From: Selaginella moellendorffii | Lineage: Eukaryota > Plantae > Lycopodiophyta | Reading direction: 5' to 3' | DNA length: 64,000 nt | Assembly: GCF_000143415.4 (NCBI RefSeq) | Contig: NW_003314406.1 | Location: 10,765-74,764, forward strand | Part shown: one piece after another, positions 63,040 to 64,000 of the stretch | How the letters are laid out: every line of letters starts with the position of its first letter | Position numbering within the stretch: position 1 is the stretch's first letter | Made by a program: the position numbers and the translations under genes | Notes under the pieces: generated by a model | Databases searched by the model: none | What the model saw: the letters and a program-made list of their open reading frames with translations, nothing else | Told to the model about the DNA's origin: nothing

Positions 63040-64000
63040 CTAGCAGAGAGACCCCAGCTCCACTGGGAGATATAGCATACCTAAGATAAATAAATCTTTT
63101 TTTCTAATTTTATTGTATACAAGGTTAAATTTATCAGATGCATTATAATTTGTTATCAGATAAATGATAAAATAAATTATCAGATAAATGATAAATGATA
63201 AATCATAGATGAGTTATAATATAGTGATATAAAATTTACATTGTGAGTTTCCAAGGAAGAATGGTGGATTATATGCAACCAAAACGAATGACTCACTAGA
63301 TGATACAAAAAAGTTTAAATAAAGGAAAAAGGTTTTTACACAAGAGTTTTTGCAATTAGTTAAAGTACTTAGGGTTAAGTATATTTAGGTTTGAGTAGTA
63401 TTTATATATAATTTTTTGTATTAATGTTCTAAATTTTTTTTTGTATTTTTAGATTAAAAATATTTTGATTTAGATTATAGCTATAAATCAATCTAAATTA
63501 TAAACTGAAAGTATCTATAAATTAGTTATATATTAATGTGTTACCAAATTTCAAGTTATAATTCTGTTGTGAATATACAAGTGACAATAGAAATAATGAA
63601 TAACATACATTATTCCCCCTTTCAATTATATTTTGAGACTCTTGGTAGAGAAGCTCTCATATCCAAAGCTTGATTTTAGAGCTTGATATAGTTTATCTCT
63701 GGGAGATATAGCATACCCAAGATAAATAAATCTTCTTTTTATAAATTTACAATTTTAGAAATTTGGATTTTATATAAAGTTAGATTTATCTAAAATTTTC
63801 TGCTATTCATCTCTAAAGAAATGCACAATAATGCAAGTGTTGGGGAAGATAAGATCATTTTTTATCATCAATAAATTTGAATTTGATGTTTCATTGCCTT
63901 TATAACAAAGGTGCACAAGCCTAAACACACATGCAGAATTTTTGCCTTGCTTGAAAAGAACTTGAGTTTTCACAAAACAAAAAATTCCTAGACTACCAAA
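63040..64000 (-). mobile_element. Helitron-like unit H7, 3' end; continues beyond the window
   Basis: CTAG at 63040-63043, an imperfect hairpin (CCCAGCTCCACTGGG) and the shared subterminal module. Confidence 0.75.

Overview
Eukaryotic plant DNA. Short GT-AG introns, (GA)n tracts, a PLS-type PPR fragment and an ALDH21-like fragment suggest a lycophyte such as Selaginella; this is an inference. There are assembly gaps at 82-181, 4180-4293, 9217-9316, 14647-14746 and 62223-62659. I found no intact host gene. Nearly the whole window is a same-orientation (minus-strand), head-to-tail and nested array of non-autonomous Helitron-like units. Seven 3' ends (hairpin CCCAGC-N3-GCTGGG followed by CTAG) lie at 3557, 9621, 9790, 18096, 32857, 54807 and 63040. 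Each unit carries an AT-rich 3' half and a 5' half of captured gene fragments: kinase, amidohydrolase, kelch, laccase, lipase-3/P-loop, CYP88A, ALDH21, SDR, PurL, peroxidase, RPA1, SGR2, HAD and PPR. Inside one unit sits a structurally complete 13,657-bp cut-and-paste transposon (35828-49484) with 24-bp TIRs, a 4-bp ATTA TSD and a Sola-like DDD transposase. It also carries a divergent multi-exon gene with ParB-like, degenerate DNA-methyltransferase-like and FCP1/HAD-like segments. About 26 copies of a 22-bp palindrome (ATGGCRTG-N6-CAYGCCAT) are dispersed through the element and were not seen elsewhere in the window. This element is the best candidate for a novel system. All domain calls come from manual motif recognition, not database searches.
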